Positions 1-7,929 of a stretch of DNA of 41,559 bases are shown here, one piece after another. The translations under genes were made by a program, and so were the position numbers. The DNA comes from Anaerolineales bacterium (GTDB lineage Bacteria; Chloroflexota; Anaerolineae; Anaerolineales; UBA4823): assembly GCA_035291705.1 (NCBI GenBank), contig DATDRM010000139.1:1-41559 (forward strand), read 5' to 3'. Under the pieces are notes generated by a model that worked only from the letters and a program-made list of their open reading frames with translations, had not been told where the DNA came from and did no database searches. Position 1 is the first letter of the stretch; every line of letters starts with the position of its first letter.

Positions 1-350
1 CGCCGGGTGCGGCCGACCAGCTGGCTGATCACCACTGCCACCACCAGAAAGACCAACAACGCCAGCAGGTCTTGGGTTTGATGGACGAAAAATGTGTAGT
101 ATGGAAAAATAAAAAAGTAGTTGAAAGCCAGAAAAGCCACAATAGCAGCCAGTATCCCGGGACCTAATCCCCACAGAAAGGTGCTCATCCCGACCGGCAG
201 TAAATACAGCAAGGCCACGGCGGCTGAGCTGATCGAACTACGCAGCACAAACAGCAACCCCGTCGTAAGTGCAGTCACCAACAGGGAAAATATGTAAGGG
301 AAGACAAGCAGGATGACTCGAGAACGGGATCGATAATTAAAAAACATCAT
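1..350 (-). CDS. Sensor histidine kinase, N-terminal membrane (DUF4118/KdpD-like) part; runs off the window edge
   Basis: The reverse strand starts ATGATG at 350..345. It reads MMFFNYRSRSRVILLVFPYIFSLLVTALTTGLLFVLRSSISSAAVALLYLLPVGMSTFLWGLGPGILAAIVAFLAFNYFFIFPYYTF..DLLALLVFLVVAVVISQL. This LLYLLPV...GPG...FNFFF.PYYTF...LLVFLVVA pattern is typical of the DUF4118 membrane domain of KdpD-type kinases. The ORF is open to position 1 and is missing from the ORF track because it is truncated. Confidence 0.55.
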   Translation of the reverse strand, partial: MMFFNYRSRSRVILLVFPYIFSLLVTALTTGLLFVLRSSISSAAVALLYLLPVGMSTFLWGLGPGILAAIVAFLAFNYFFIFPYYTFFVHQTQDLLALLVFLVVAVVISQLVGRTR

Positions 351-365
351 GGATAATCCAGCCGT

Positions 366-1499
366 TTAAAGAGCCTCTTCAGAAGACTGAAGCAGTGCCT
401 GCCCACAATACTGGCAGAAGAGGGCGTCTGCCGCGTTATTCCTGGCGCAGTTGGGGCAAGTCTGCGTGGAAAGTTGGGCAGGCAACTCGGCGCGTTTGCG
501 CCTGGGCAAGCGCAGCCGGGGCGCTTTCGCCAACCGCTCGAGGGCAAATGCTCTCCCCTGCCTATAAGCCTGGCGGGTAAGTTCACGGATTCGCCTGGGG
601 GAGATATGGCGTCCGGTCAGGTACCATCCAAGTACCGCCTGGCCGACGACAAAAGTTCCGGAGTAGGCCACGCCCACCTTGGGAATGATGCCCACCACTG
701 GGATCAGGCCAACCAGGTAGCGAGCCACCTGCCGCCAGACGAACCCGCTGCCAATCACGCCGCCAAACTCTTTGACGTAATCCTGCCAGCGAGTCGAATA
801 ACCCAAGGCTAGCCCTAACTTATACATCAAGAAGGCCTGGGCTTTGGTGAGCACAACCATATCGGCGATGTTGAAGGGGATATTCAAGACCGGCACCAGC
901 TCGGCCAGGCTGGTGCTCAAGGCGTAGGCGGCGTTGGAAAAGCAAGTGTCGTTGATCAGGCGGTGAGCAACTGCCGTGCGAAACAAGGGGAAAAGCCGCG
1001 CCAGCGGCAGGTGGTGGCCGGGCAACAATTCGAGCACCGCCGGTACAAACTCCTTCAATAAGAATCTGGGGTTGTCCACTGGCCCCACCACCAGGCTGGC
1101 GGCCTCCCAGGCCAACTCTAAATCCGAGGGTGGGGGAGCTGTTTCGCTGGCGTCGTGGTTGTAGAAGACGAGCACTTTCTTCCCAGCGTTGGTCAACTGG
1201 CGTGCCAACGCCTGGTGGCGGGTGAAGTCGCTCCTCGTTACACCCACCAGTATGAGGATCAGCTCCGCTTCCTTGAGGCCTTCTTTTCCATCCAGGCCGA
1301 GGATGTTGACCGGGGTATGGGTGCGCACGTTTGGCCGGGAAGGGTCGCGCCGCATCTGCTCCGCCAGCGCATGGCGGCCGCTGCCTTCCTCGCCGACCAT
1401 GGCAATTCTCAGTTCACGTAGGGCGTCCTCGCGGATCGGCCGCAGGTCGACCTCCCCGACCGTCTTCCAAATATTAGCGAAATCCTTCCAGTCTGCCAT
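366..1499 (-). CDS. GTPase-like/DUF697-like membrane-associated protein with degenerate nucleotide-binding motifs and a C-terminal zinc ribbon
   Basis: This is a 377-aa ORF. The N-domain has P-loop-like IAMVGEEGSGRH (Lys and Ser/Thr replaced) and YNHD in place of NKxD. The middle region is hydrophobic and DUF697-like (VVLTKAQAFLMYKLGLALGY...GLIPVVGIIPKVGVAYSGTFVVGQA). The C-terminus carries CPNC-X11-CQYC. The stop is 16 nt upstream of the kinase start, so they probably form an operon. Confidence 0.5.
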   Translation of the reverse strand: MADWKDFANIWKTVGEVDLRPIREDALRELRIAMVGEEGSGRHALAEQMRRDPSRPNVRTHTPVNILGLDGKEGLKEAELILILVGVTRSDFTRHQALARQLTNAGKKVLVFYNHDASETAPPPSDLELAWEAASLVVGPVDNPRFLLKEFVPAVLELLPGHHLPLARLFPLFRTAVAHRLINDTCFSNAAYALSTSLAELVPVLNIPFNIADMVVLTKAQAFLMYKLGLALGYSTRWQDYVKEFGGVIGSGFVWRQVARYLVGLIPVVGIIPKVGVAYSGTFVVGQAVLGWYLTGRHISPRRIRELTRQAYRQGRAFALERLAKAPRLRLPRRKRAELPAQLSTQTCPNCARNNAADALFCQYCGQALLQSSEEAL

Positions 1500-1600
1500 A
1501 GTTACTATTCTACCGGATTTCCGCCCCGCGACGATAGCTGCTTGGCGGGGTTATTAATTTGAATATATTCATTTTACACCTTTCCCGAAAGGAGGCTCTT

Positions 1601-2119
1601 ATGTTTAACCGCATCATGGGTGTCTTCAAATTAGACACCAACACGTTCGAGGCGATTGAAAGCGACTCAAGCGCCACCGGTCAGGCTGCGATCATTGTCG
1701 CCATCGTCGCCCTCCTGGCAAGCCTGGGCAGCGGGCTATCCGCAGGTCTTTTCGGCGGCGGAAATTTTCTCGTCAGCTTTATTACCACCCTCGTTTGGAC
1801 CTTTGTCGGCTGGTTTCTGTGGTCGGTGGTCTCATATTTTGTGGGCACGACCTTCTTTGGCGGAAAGGCTACCCTCAATGAGATGCTGCGGGTGATCGGC
1901 TTCGCCTATGCCCCACAGTTCCTGTCGATCATCCCGTGCGTTGGCTGGGTTATTGGAGGCATCTGGTCGCTGATCGCCGGGTTCATCGCCATCCGCCAGG
2001 GTCTTGACCTGGACAATGTCAAAGCTGCCTTGACCGTCTTGGTCGGCTTTGTATTCTTTGTCGTTGGCAACATCCTGGTCGGCATCCTGCTCGGTGGAGT
2101 CAGCGCGCTGTTCAGCTAG
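1601..2119 (+). CDS. Yip1-domain family integral membrane protein
   Basis: ATG at 1601 is preceded by AAAGGAGG (1588..1595). The N-terminus MFNRIMGVFKLDTNTFEAIESD is followed by about 5 TM helices, as in bacterial YIP1 family proteins. The longer ORF-track start at 1559 has no RBS. Confidence 0.6.
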   Translation: MFNRIMGVFKLDTNTFEAIESDSSATGQAAIIVAIVALLASLGSGLSAGLFGGGNFLVSFITTLVWTFVGWFLWSVVSYFVGTTFFGGKATLNEMLRVIGFAYAPQFLSIIPCVGWVIGGIWSLIAGFIAIRQGLDLDNVKAALTVLVGFVFFVVGNILVGILLGGVSALFS

Positions 2120-2150
2120 CATCCGCTCTTCGAATATTCATTTCGATATC

Positions 2151-2188
2151 GTGGTGATTTGACGGTGCCTTCGCCGCCAAATCACCAC
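2151..2188 (+). terminator. Hairpin downstream of the Yip1 gene; member of a two-copy hairpin family (see 3511..3547)
   Basis: GTGGTGATTTG (2151..2161) pairs with CAAATCACCAC (2178..2188), and inner CGG/CCG pairs extend the stem. GATATC precedes it. The T-tract after it is weak (CAGTTATTT). Confidence 0.45.
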
Positions 2189-2306
2189 AGTTATTTAAGA
2201 ATGGAGTGTGTTAAAATGACAAGAATCTCTATTTGCCAACGCAAACCAGGCAAAACATGGTCCGCATCAAAAAGGTATCGGAAAGGTAGCTGAAGGGAGT
2301 AATTTC

Positions 2307-2804
2307 TTGAATAATCTCACAAAACCAGATCAGGTAGCTGATGGGTTGGTTGTTACACTCGAATATACGCTGCGTGTAGACGGCGAAATTATGGATACTT
2401 CGCAAGATAGCGAACCGATCCAGTTTATTCAGGGCGAGGAACACATTGTCAGCGGGTTAGAGCGCGAATTGTACGGTATGAGTGTTGGTGCTGAAAAGGA
2501 AGTCCTGGTTTCCCCTGGCGACGGGTACGGCGAGATTGAGTCGGACGCCTGGATGGATGTCCCGCTCGACGAGTTCCCGCCTGAAATCCCAATGGAGATC
2601 GGAACGCAGCTCCGCTTACGTAGCCAGGAAGACGAGACACTCCATGCGCGCATCGCCACTATCGGTAAGGAGACCGTGCGCCTGGACTTTAATCATCCCC
2701 TGGCGGGTAAAGACCTGCACTTTTCGGTTAAAGTGGTCGCCTTAAGGCCAGCCACGGAAGAGGAAAAGGCACACGGGCACGTTCACGGAGACGGCTCGCA
2801 TTAG
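2307..2804 (+). CDS. slyD: FKBP-type peptidyl-prolyl cis-trans isomerase, SlyD-like, with a His-rich tail
   Basis: TTG start follows GAAGGGAG. Motifs are VVTLEYTLRVDGEIMDTS...PIQFIQGEEHIVSGLERELYGMSVGAEKEV.V.P..GYG, an IF-like insert, LDFNHPLAGKDLHFSVKVV, and the C-terminal AHGHVHGDGSH. Confidence 0.75.
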   Translation: MNNLTKPDQVADGLVVTLEYTLRVDGEIMDTSQDSEPIQFIQGEEHIVSGLERELYGMSVGAEKEVLVSPGDGYGEIESDAWMDVPLDEFPPEIPMEIGTQLRLRSQEDETLHARIATIGKETVRLDFNHPLAGKDLHFSVKVVALRPATEEEKAHGHVHGDGSH

Positions 2805-2825
2805 AAGATCACGCCCTGCCTGCAA

Positions 2826-2867
2826 AGAGGTGTCTGCGGAAATCATACCGTAGATACCTCTTTTTTT
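2826..2867 (+). terminator. Rho-independent terminator of slyD-like gene
   Basis: AGAGGTGTCTGCGG (2826..2839) pairs with CCGTAGATACCTCT (2848..2861), giving 14 bp with two G-U pairs. A T7 run follows (2861..2867). Confidence 0.75.
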
Positions 2868-3005
2868 ACATTTTGTTTACAATCGTCAAATCCTTTTCTT
2901 ATATTTTTGATCTAAGATAGGGGTTGAAAGCGGCAAGAAACTGATAGCCTGCTGCATATCAATCACTCAGGATATATAAAGCATTTTCAAAAGGAGGTTG
3001 AACCT

Positions 3006-3494
3006 ATGCTTACCCGTTGGGATCCTTTCCGCGAACTGATCACCATTCGCAATACGATGGACCGCCTGTTCGACAGCGCCCTGGTTGGTTCGCCAACCAC
3101 TTGGCAACCCGCTGCCTGGGACCTGGCCCTGGACGTAGCTGAAAGTGAGGACGAATTCACTGTGAAAGCCTCCATCCCGGGCATTAATCCAGACGACCTG
3201 GAGATCACCTTCACCAACAACACGTTGACTATTAAGGGTGAAACCAAAGAGGAAAAAGAAGTCGAGCAGGCGCACTACCACCTGCGCGAACGCCGTTACG
3301 GGTCCTTCGCGCGCAGCATTACACTGCCAGCCGGGATCGAAGCCGAAAAAATCCAGGCAAATTACGAAGCCGGTGTGCTGAAACTGCGGCTGCCCAAGGC
3401 CGAGGAGGTCAAGCCGAAGAAGATCGCCATCCGGACCACCGCTTCTCCCAAGGTGATCGAAGCCAAGGTCTCTGACGTCCCCAGCAAGAACTAA
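3006..3494 (+). CDS. Hsp20/alpha-crystallin family small heat-shock protein
   Basis: AAAGGAGG lies 7 nt upstream of the ATG. Motifs are WDPFRELITIRNTMDRLFD, then the alpha-crystallin core (DV.E.EDEF.VKA.IPG...DL.I...N.LTIKGE...RERRYGSF.RS..LP..I....I.A.Y..GVL.L.LPK). Confidence 0.9.
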   Translation: MLTRWDPFRELITIRNTMDRLFDSALVGSPTTWQPAAWDLALDVAESEDEFTVKASIPGINPDDLEITFTNNTLTIKGETKEEKEVEQAHYHLRERRYGSFARSITLPAGIEAEKIQANYEAGVLKLRLPKAEEVKPKKIAIRTTASPKVIEAKVSDVPSKN

Positions 3495-3510
3495 AAGGGA
3501 AAAGGATATC

Positions 3511-3547
3511 GTGGTGTTTTGCGACGCCTAGTGTCGCAAAACACCAC
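3511..3547. terminator. Perfect 15-bp-stem hairpin between convergent hsp20 and luxR-type genes (bidirectional terminator or REP-like element)
   Basis: GTGGTGTTTTGCGAC (3511..3525), loop GCCTAGT, then GTCGCAAAACACCAC (3533..3547). GATATC precedes it, as at 2145..2150. Confidence 0.6.
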
Positions 3548-3556
3548 AATTTTAAC

Positions 3557-4252
3557 TCACAGCACGACTAACCCCTGGTGGACGCCAAGGCGGACAGCTT
3601 CGGTGCGGTTGGTAGCCCCCAATTTTGAATAAATCGCAGAGACATGGAACTTAACCGTATGCTCACTGATGCCGAGCAGCGCGGCGATCTGCTTATTGGC
3701 CAACCCCTGCGCAAGCCTTTGCAAGACCTCGAGTTCCCGTTCGGTGAGCGGTTCGATCAGCGGCTCATCCCCAACTTCTCGAGTAGCGGGGAGATTCACC
3801 AGCAGCGGCTCAACCAGGGCTGGAGCGCCGACCAGCAGCCCCTCGGACAACGCGTGTACCGCTGCGGCCAGCTCCTCGGCCGAAGCCTCCAACGACAGGA
3901 TGCCCCAGGCGTGCAGGGCTAGCTCCGGCAAGAGGCGGGCTGCAGCTGGTTCGTTTTCCACCAGGAGCAAGACAGCCATCGGCTCAGCTGTGCTCAATAC
4001 TTTTTTGAGCTCTGGGCCGGCGGCAGCCCCCACCGCCACGACCAATACATCCGTGCCCGGTGGAAGCGTGGATAAATCCGCCAGAGTCGCAGCCTCGCCG
4101 ACCACTTCTACCTCTCCGCCTGCGCCGAGCAAAGCGCGCAGCCCGGCGCGCATCGCCAGGGCAGAGGCGACCACCACGACATGCACCGCCTCCCGCCCGC
4201 CTGCCAGCCATCCTTTTTCAGTTCTCAACCCGCTCGGCTTGGCTGGCATCAC
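3557..4252 (-). CDS. LuxR/NarL-family transcription regulator with a degenerate (pseudo-)receiver domain
   Basis: The C-terminal HTH reads LTERELEVLQRLAQGLANKQIAALLGISEHTVKFHVSAIYSKLGATNRTEAV. The N-domain aligns to a CheY-like fold but has VVVVASAL where DD is expected, VLVVAVG where the acceptor D is expected, and LSLE where K is expected. The start is GTG 4252 or ATG 4249, overlapping the upstream stop. Confidence 0.8.
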   Translation of the reverse strand: MMPAKPSGLRTEKGWLAGGREAVHVVVVASALAMRAGLRALLGAGGEVEVVGEAATLADLSTLPPGTDVLVVAVGAAAGPELKKVLSTAEPMAVLLLVENEPAAARLLPELALHAWGILSLEASAEELAAAVHALSEGLLVGAPALVEPLLVNLPATREVGDEPLIEPLTERELEVLQRLAQGLANKQIAALLGISEHTVKFHVSAIYSKLGATNRTEAVRLGVHQGLVVL

Positions 4253-4902
4253 CTGGCGACCTGCGGAACTTCCTGGCCGAGGGTTTCTGCGACGAAGGCG
4301 TTCACCACATGGCTGGGAATGGCCACCCCCAGGTCACCGCCGACGATCATAGTATTAATACCGATTACGCCGCCAGAGGCGTTCATTAATGGACCACCGG
4401 AATTGCCCGGTGCCAGCCCAACGTCGGTGTGGATCACACTGACTGTGCCCTGCCGCCCGCGCACCGGCACCTCCCCCAGGCCACTGATGATCCTGGCGGC
4501 GACCGCCCCGATCTGACCCCAGGGGTGACCAATCGCCAGGGCTACCTGCCCCACGCGCAGGTCGCGCGAGTCAGCGATCGGCGCCGCCGGTAGCTCGGGG
4601 TCATATTCACCCGCGGTCTCGGCCCGCAAGATCGCCAGATCGATGTGCGGGTCTTTGGCGATCAATCGCGTTGGGTACTCACGGCCACCCACCAGGGAAA
4701 TGCGAGCCTTGCCGCGCGCAACGACATGGTGATTCGTCACGACGATCCCACCAGGCTGCCAGATGACGCCCGCCCCGGCGCCGTCCCGACCATTGTGAAC
4801 GATGACCAGGCTGCGTTGGGCGCGCTGGAAGACGGCTGTAAAAGCCTCGGCAAGGGTGTTGGAAAGATCAACGACATCAAGCAGCACGATATTCAGCTCC
4901 AT
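4249..4902 (-). CDS. Trypsin-like serine protease (S1C/HtrA-like catalytic domain only, no PDZ)
   Basis: The triad context is VTNHHVV, DLAILRA, GNSGGPLMNASGGVIGINT. GGGAAG RBS is present. The 217-aa product has no PDZ and no obvious signal peptide. Confidence 0.8.
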   Translation of the reverse strand: MELNIVLLDVVDLSNTLAEAFTAVFQRAQRSLVIVHNGRDGAGAGVIWQPGGIVVTNHHVVARGKARISLVGGREYPTRLIAKDPHIDLAILRAETAGEYDPELPAAPIADSRDLRVGQVALAIGHPWGQIGAVAARIISGLGEVPVRGRQGTVSVIHTDVGLAPGNSGGPLMNASGGVIGINTMIVGGDLGVAIPSHVVNAFVAETLGQEVPQVAR

Positions 4903-4914
4903 CCAACTTCCCTT

Positions 4915-5829
4915 TTACTTCCGCTCCCCAATTGTAACCATTAATGTGCGGGGTTGACCACCGCGTAAGACTTCCACCGCTGTCGGGCGACCCACCACCT
5001 CTCCGCTCAACCTGCCGAGCAGCTCGTCGGGGTCGTTAACCGGTTGATCGGCGATGCCGGTAAGGATATCCCCGACGATCAGGCCACCCGCTTCGGCTGG
5101 GCTGCCATCCTCCACCCCGACCAACAGCAAGCCGGCCTCTTGGTCCCGGCCGAGTGCCTTCTGTTGGGCAGGCGGGATAGCTACCGGCTGGCTGCGCACG
5201 CCCAGGTAACCGCGGCGGATAGAGCCGTGCTGGGCTAGGGTTTCGGCAACCTGCCATGCCAGGCTGGCCGGGATGGCCAGCGAGGCGCCGCGCGCCAGGC
5301 CGGAAGTGTTCAGGCCGACGATGCGGCCGGCGGTATCGACCAGCGGCCCACCGGAAAAACCTGGATATGGGACAGCGTCGGTACGCAGGTAACGCTCCAA
5401 CAGACCGCCACGTCCGGTGCGCACTGGCCCACCCACGGCACTGATCACGCCCAGGCTGGCTTGGATGCCATCTGGGGATGGGCGGCCAAGTGCCAGGACC
5501 AGCTGCCCGATGCGCGCCTCCTGCGGGGCAGGTTCGGCAACTGCCGCGACCGCTCTGCCCAGGCGTAAGACGGCCAGGTCACTGCCTGGGTCGCGCCCTG
5601 CCAGCTTGGCTACGAGCTCAGTGCCATCCGGCAGCACCACCGGTATGTCGTCGTCGCGCTCGATAACGTGATCGGCGGTGAGGATCAAATCGGGGGCGTA
5701 GGCGATCCCGCTGGCGGGAATGCGCCGGCGGCCGGCCACCAGCACCGTCGCCGCGCCCCCCTTCTCCACTGCAGCAGCCATGCTGTCCGAAAGGGCAGTC
5801 AGAATATTATTACCATTCGATTGAGTCAT
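4915..5829 (-). CDS. HtrA/DegP-family serine protease with a C-terminal PDZ domain
   Basis: The triad context is LTADHVI, SDLAVLRL, GFSGGPLVDTAGRIVGLNT. The PDZ reads GLLLVGVEDGSPAEAGGLIVGDILTGIADQPV. GGAGAAG RBS lies upstream. Confidence 0.85.
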   Translation of the reverse strand: MTQSNGNNILTALSDSMAAAVEKGGAATVLVAGRRRIPASGIAYAPDLILTADHVIERDDDIPVVLPDGTELVAKLAGRDPGSDLAVLRLGRAVAAVAEPAPQEARIGQLVLALGRPSPDGIQASLGVISAVGGPVRTGRGGLLERYLRTDAVPYPGFSGGPLVDTAGRIVGLNTSGLARGASLAIPASLAWQVAETLAQHGSIRRGYLGVRSQPVAIPPAQQKALGRDQEAGLLLVGVEDGSPAEAGGLIVGDILTGIADQPVNDPDELLGRLSGEVVGRPTAVEVLRGGQPRTLMVTIGERK

Positions 5830-6127
5830 GCGAATCTTCTCCTATTGAAATCAATTTATCAGGTACACTCATCATAGTCGAAGATAAAATTTCACGCATC
5901 AGTCAAATGGGCGGGTTGCACCTGGAAATTCGACCAGAGTGCATCTCGGGGTGTAAAATTCATAAAGCCTAGTCGGGACAGCGTCTTGTTGAAAAAATAA
6001 GGGAAGCTATTGCCAATAAGATGGCGGGTAATTCCAGCGCTGGCCAGGCGGTCTGACTGCGAACAGGGTTTTCAAGAATTCCTGGCTGACTGGTTGGCTA
6101 GCCAGAAGTTTCATCTGAATTACTCGA

Positions 6128-7654
6128 TCAAGGAGCACGCTGGTGCTTGAAGTACAGATCATTCCGAATAAATAAATCCAGGTCTCTACGGTTGTAGACC
6201 AGATGGTAATCTTGCTTTAAATAAGGCTGAAGGCCCAGGATTTTCTTGCGAATCAGCACCTGTTCTGGCTGGTAGGCATCGATCGTTTTGTACAGCTCTT
6301 CCTCAGCAATCAAATCGGTCTTAAAGCGCTTCGTGCTAAAAACAACCAGATTAGGCGGCACCAGCAGATCAAATCGGTAAGGGAACATAGGGAGATCCGT
6401 CACTACCCATTCAGTCTCGGGCGCATATTGTTCTACATATTGGTAAACCTCTTCCATTAAAGCGCTGCTATGGATAGGCTCATCCACCAGGTTCTTTCCA
6501 TAACTAAACCGGCGACTCACATCGGGAATCTGATCATAGATCACCAACGCGAAGGAAGCCAGGGCAAGAACCGCAAACAGGTTGCGAAAACGGAGCAGAC
6601 GGCGATCACGGATTGCCTCTATGGCCCAGAGAATCCCTTCGCCGACAGCCACCCCACCCAGCATGGCAGTGGGCACTGTCACCAGAAGCTGGTGGTGGTA
6701 CCAGACTGGGGAGTAGCGCAGCAGGAGAAGATACGCGCTGCCCATCCAAAAAACCAGGTATAAAGTCAACCAGCGTTTGGTAGTGATAGTGGCCAAGACA
6801 CCAAATATCGAAAGCAACAGCATGGGGAGGGAGTCGCGGAGATGATAATTTATGGTGTAAATTTCATTGGTAAAAATTGCCGCCCCTTCCAGGTGAGACT
6901 GATAAAGCTGGGTCAAATTGCCAGGTCCCACCCAGACTAATATTGCGCTGATCGTGATTACCGAGAAGATTCCGGCCCATATCACCGCTGGAAAAACAAG
7001 GTCCCGAAATTTGAGTTTCCCGCGCAACCGGGTCCACTCACCCAGCAACAGTCCTACGAGGATGATTGGAATCAGGAATCCGGTAAATAACTTGATCAAG
7101 ACAGAAGCACTGAAAGCCAGTGCGGAGAGAACCAACCAAATCCATTTGCGGTGTTGGTGCCAGGCAATGACTCCCAACAGAGATAACACAGCGAAAGTCA
7201 ATGACGGTAAACCTACCATTACTGCAACACTCAGCTGCATGTAAAAGGGAAGCAAGATGATCAAGAATGTTCCAACCAGTGCATGCAGATTCCCCCAAAT
7301 CCTGCGTAGAATGTGAAAACCAGCCAACAATAAAACTGCTGAAAACAGGAGGAGCAAATAACGGGCGGTATAGACTTGTGTCCCAAACACCCGCATAGTG
7401 ACCACCAGGATATATGTCAAGAGCGGTGGTTGGTCGCTCCAGATCTGCTCAAATAATCGATATCCCTTCATTACCAGGCTGGCCTTCATCAGGTTGATCC
7501 CTTCATCTTCGTCGAATTGCAATCGATTGCGGAAAGGGAAGTAAAGATAGATGACCGCGATGAAGACAATCGCGATCAGGAATGGTATTATTTGTTGAAG
7601 AAGTCGGGGGAATAATCCAGGGGGTAGCGTGGCTCTTTGGTAGGCGTGATTCAT
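6128..7654 (-). CDS. GT-C fold membrane glycosyltransferase (ArnT/PMT, GT39/GT83-like)
   Basis: This is a 508-aa polytopic protein. Its first loop carries FDEDEGINLMKASL, an acidic DE motif typical of ArnT/PMT-type enzymes. There are more than 10 TM helices and a C-terminal soluble domain. It is visibly more AT-rich than its neighbours. Confidence 0.6.
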   Translation of the reverse strand: MNHAYQRATLPPGLFPRLLQQIIPFLIAIVFIAVIYLYFPFRNRLQFDEDEGINLMKASLVMKGYRLFEQIWSDQPPLLTYILVVTMRVFGTQVYTARYLLLLFSAVLLLAGFHILRRIWGNLHALVGTFLIILLPFYMQLSVAVMVGLPSLTFAVLSLLGVIAWHQHRKWIWLVLSALAFSASVLIKLFTGFLIPIILVGLLLGEWTRLRGKLKFRDLVFPAVIWAGIFSVITISAILVWVGPGNLTQLYQSHLEGAAIFTNEIYTINYHLRDSLPMLLLSIFGVLATITTKRWLTLYLVFWMGSAYLLLLRYSPVWYHHQLLVTVPTAMLGGVAVGEGILWAIEAIRDRRLLRFRNLFAVLALASFALVIYDQIPDVSRRFSYGKNLVDEPIHSSALMEEVYQYVEQYAPETEWVVTDLPMFPYRFDLLVPPNLVVFSTKRFKTDLIAEEELYKTIDAYQPEQVLIRKKILGLQPYLKQDYHLVYNRRDLDLFIRNDLYFKHQRAP

Positions 7655-7929
7655 GAATAAGCAATTATACTTTTGTTTATACCTGTCGACAAATTCTGAG
7701 AGTTTCTGACGTTGTTATCCTCTAAATACCTCCCGATTAGCTTGCTTTTTACGATTTACCAGATCGTCGGATTGTTTACCGGGATGGAACAGCGTGACCA
7801 ACGTCGCGAGAGGAATGGCCATGATATGGAATTGATGGTTTATGAACGCCAGCTTGAACGGGAAGAGGGCTTGGCTAAATACAACGAGCTAGAAATCCTG
7901 CGCCAGGCGGTCGGCTTGCCGGTTGCCCG

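Noticed and set aside
2805-3005. I looked for a CIRCE (TTAGCACTC-N9-GAGTGCTAA) or similar heat-shock operator upstream of hsp20, and also in the 263-nt clpC leader at 33445..33707.
   Set aside because: I found no inverted repeat resembling CIRCE or HAIR. Only weak -35/-10 candidates were seen (for example TTTACA-18-TATATT at 2876..2905), which I cannot support as features.
3669-4352. This is a long antisense or alternative-frame ORF inside a real gene. Similar ones occur at 14350..15096, 16672..17763, 29420..30041, 33994..34782, 35445..36023, 36671..37276 and elsewhere.
   Set aside because: They lie opposite or out of frame to genes with clear family motifs. They have Arg/Pro/Ala/Gly-rich low-complexity translations typical of open frames in GC-rich DNA. 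They have no RBS.
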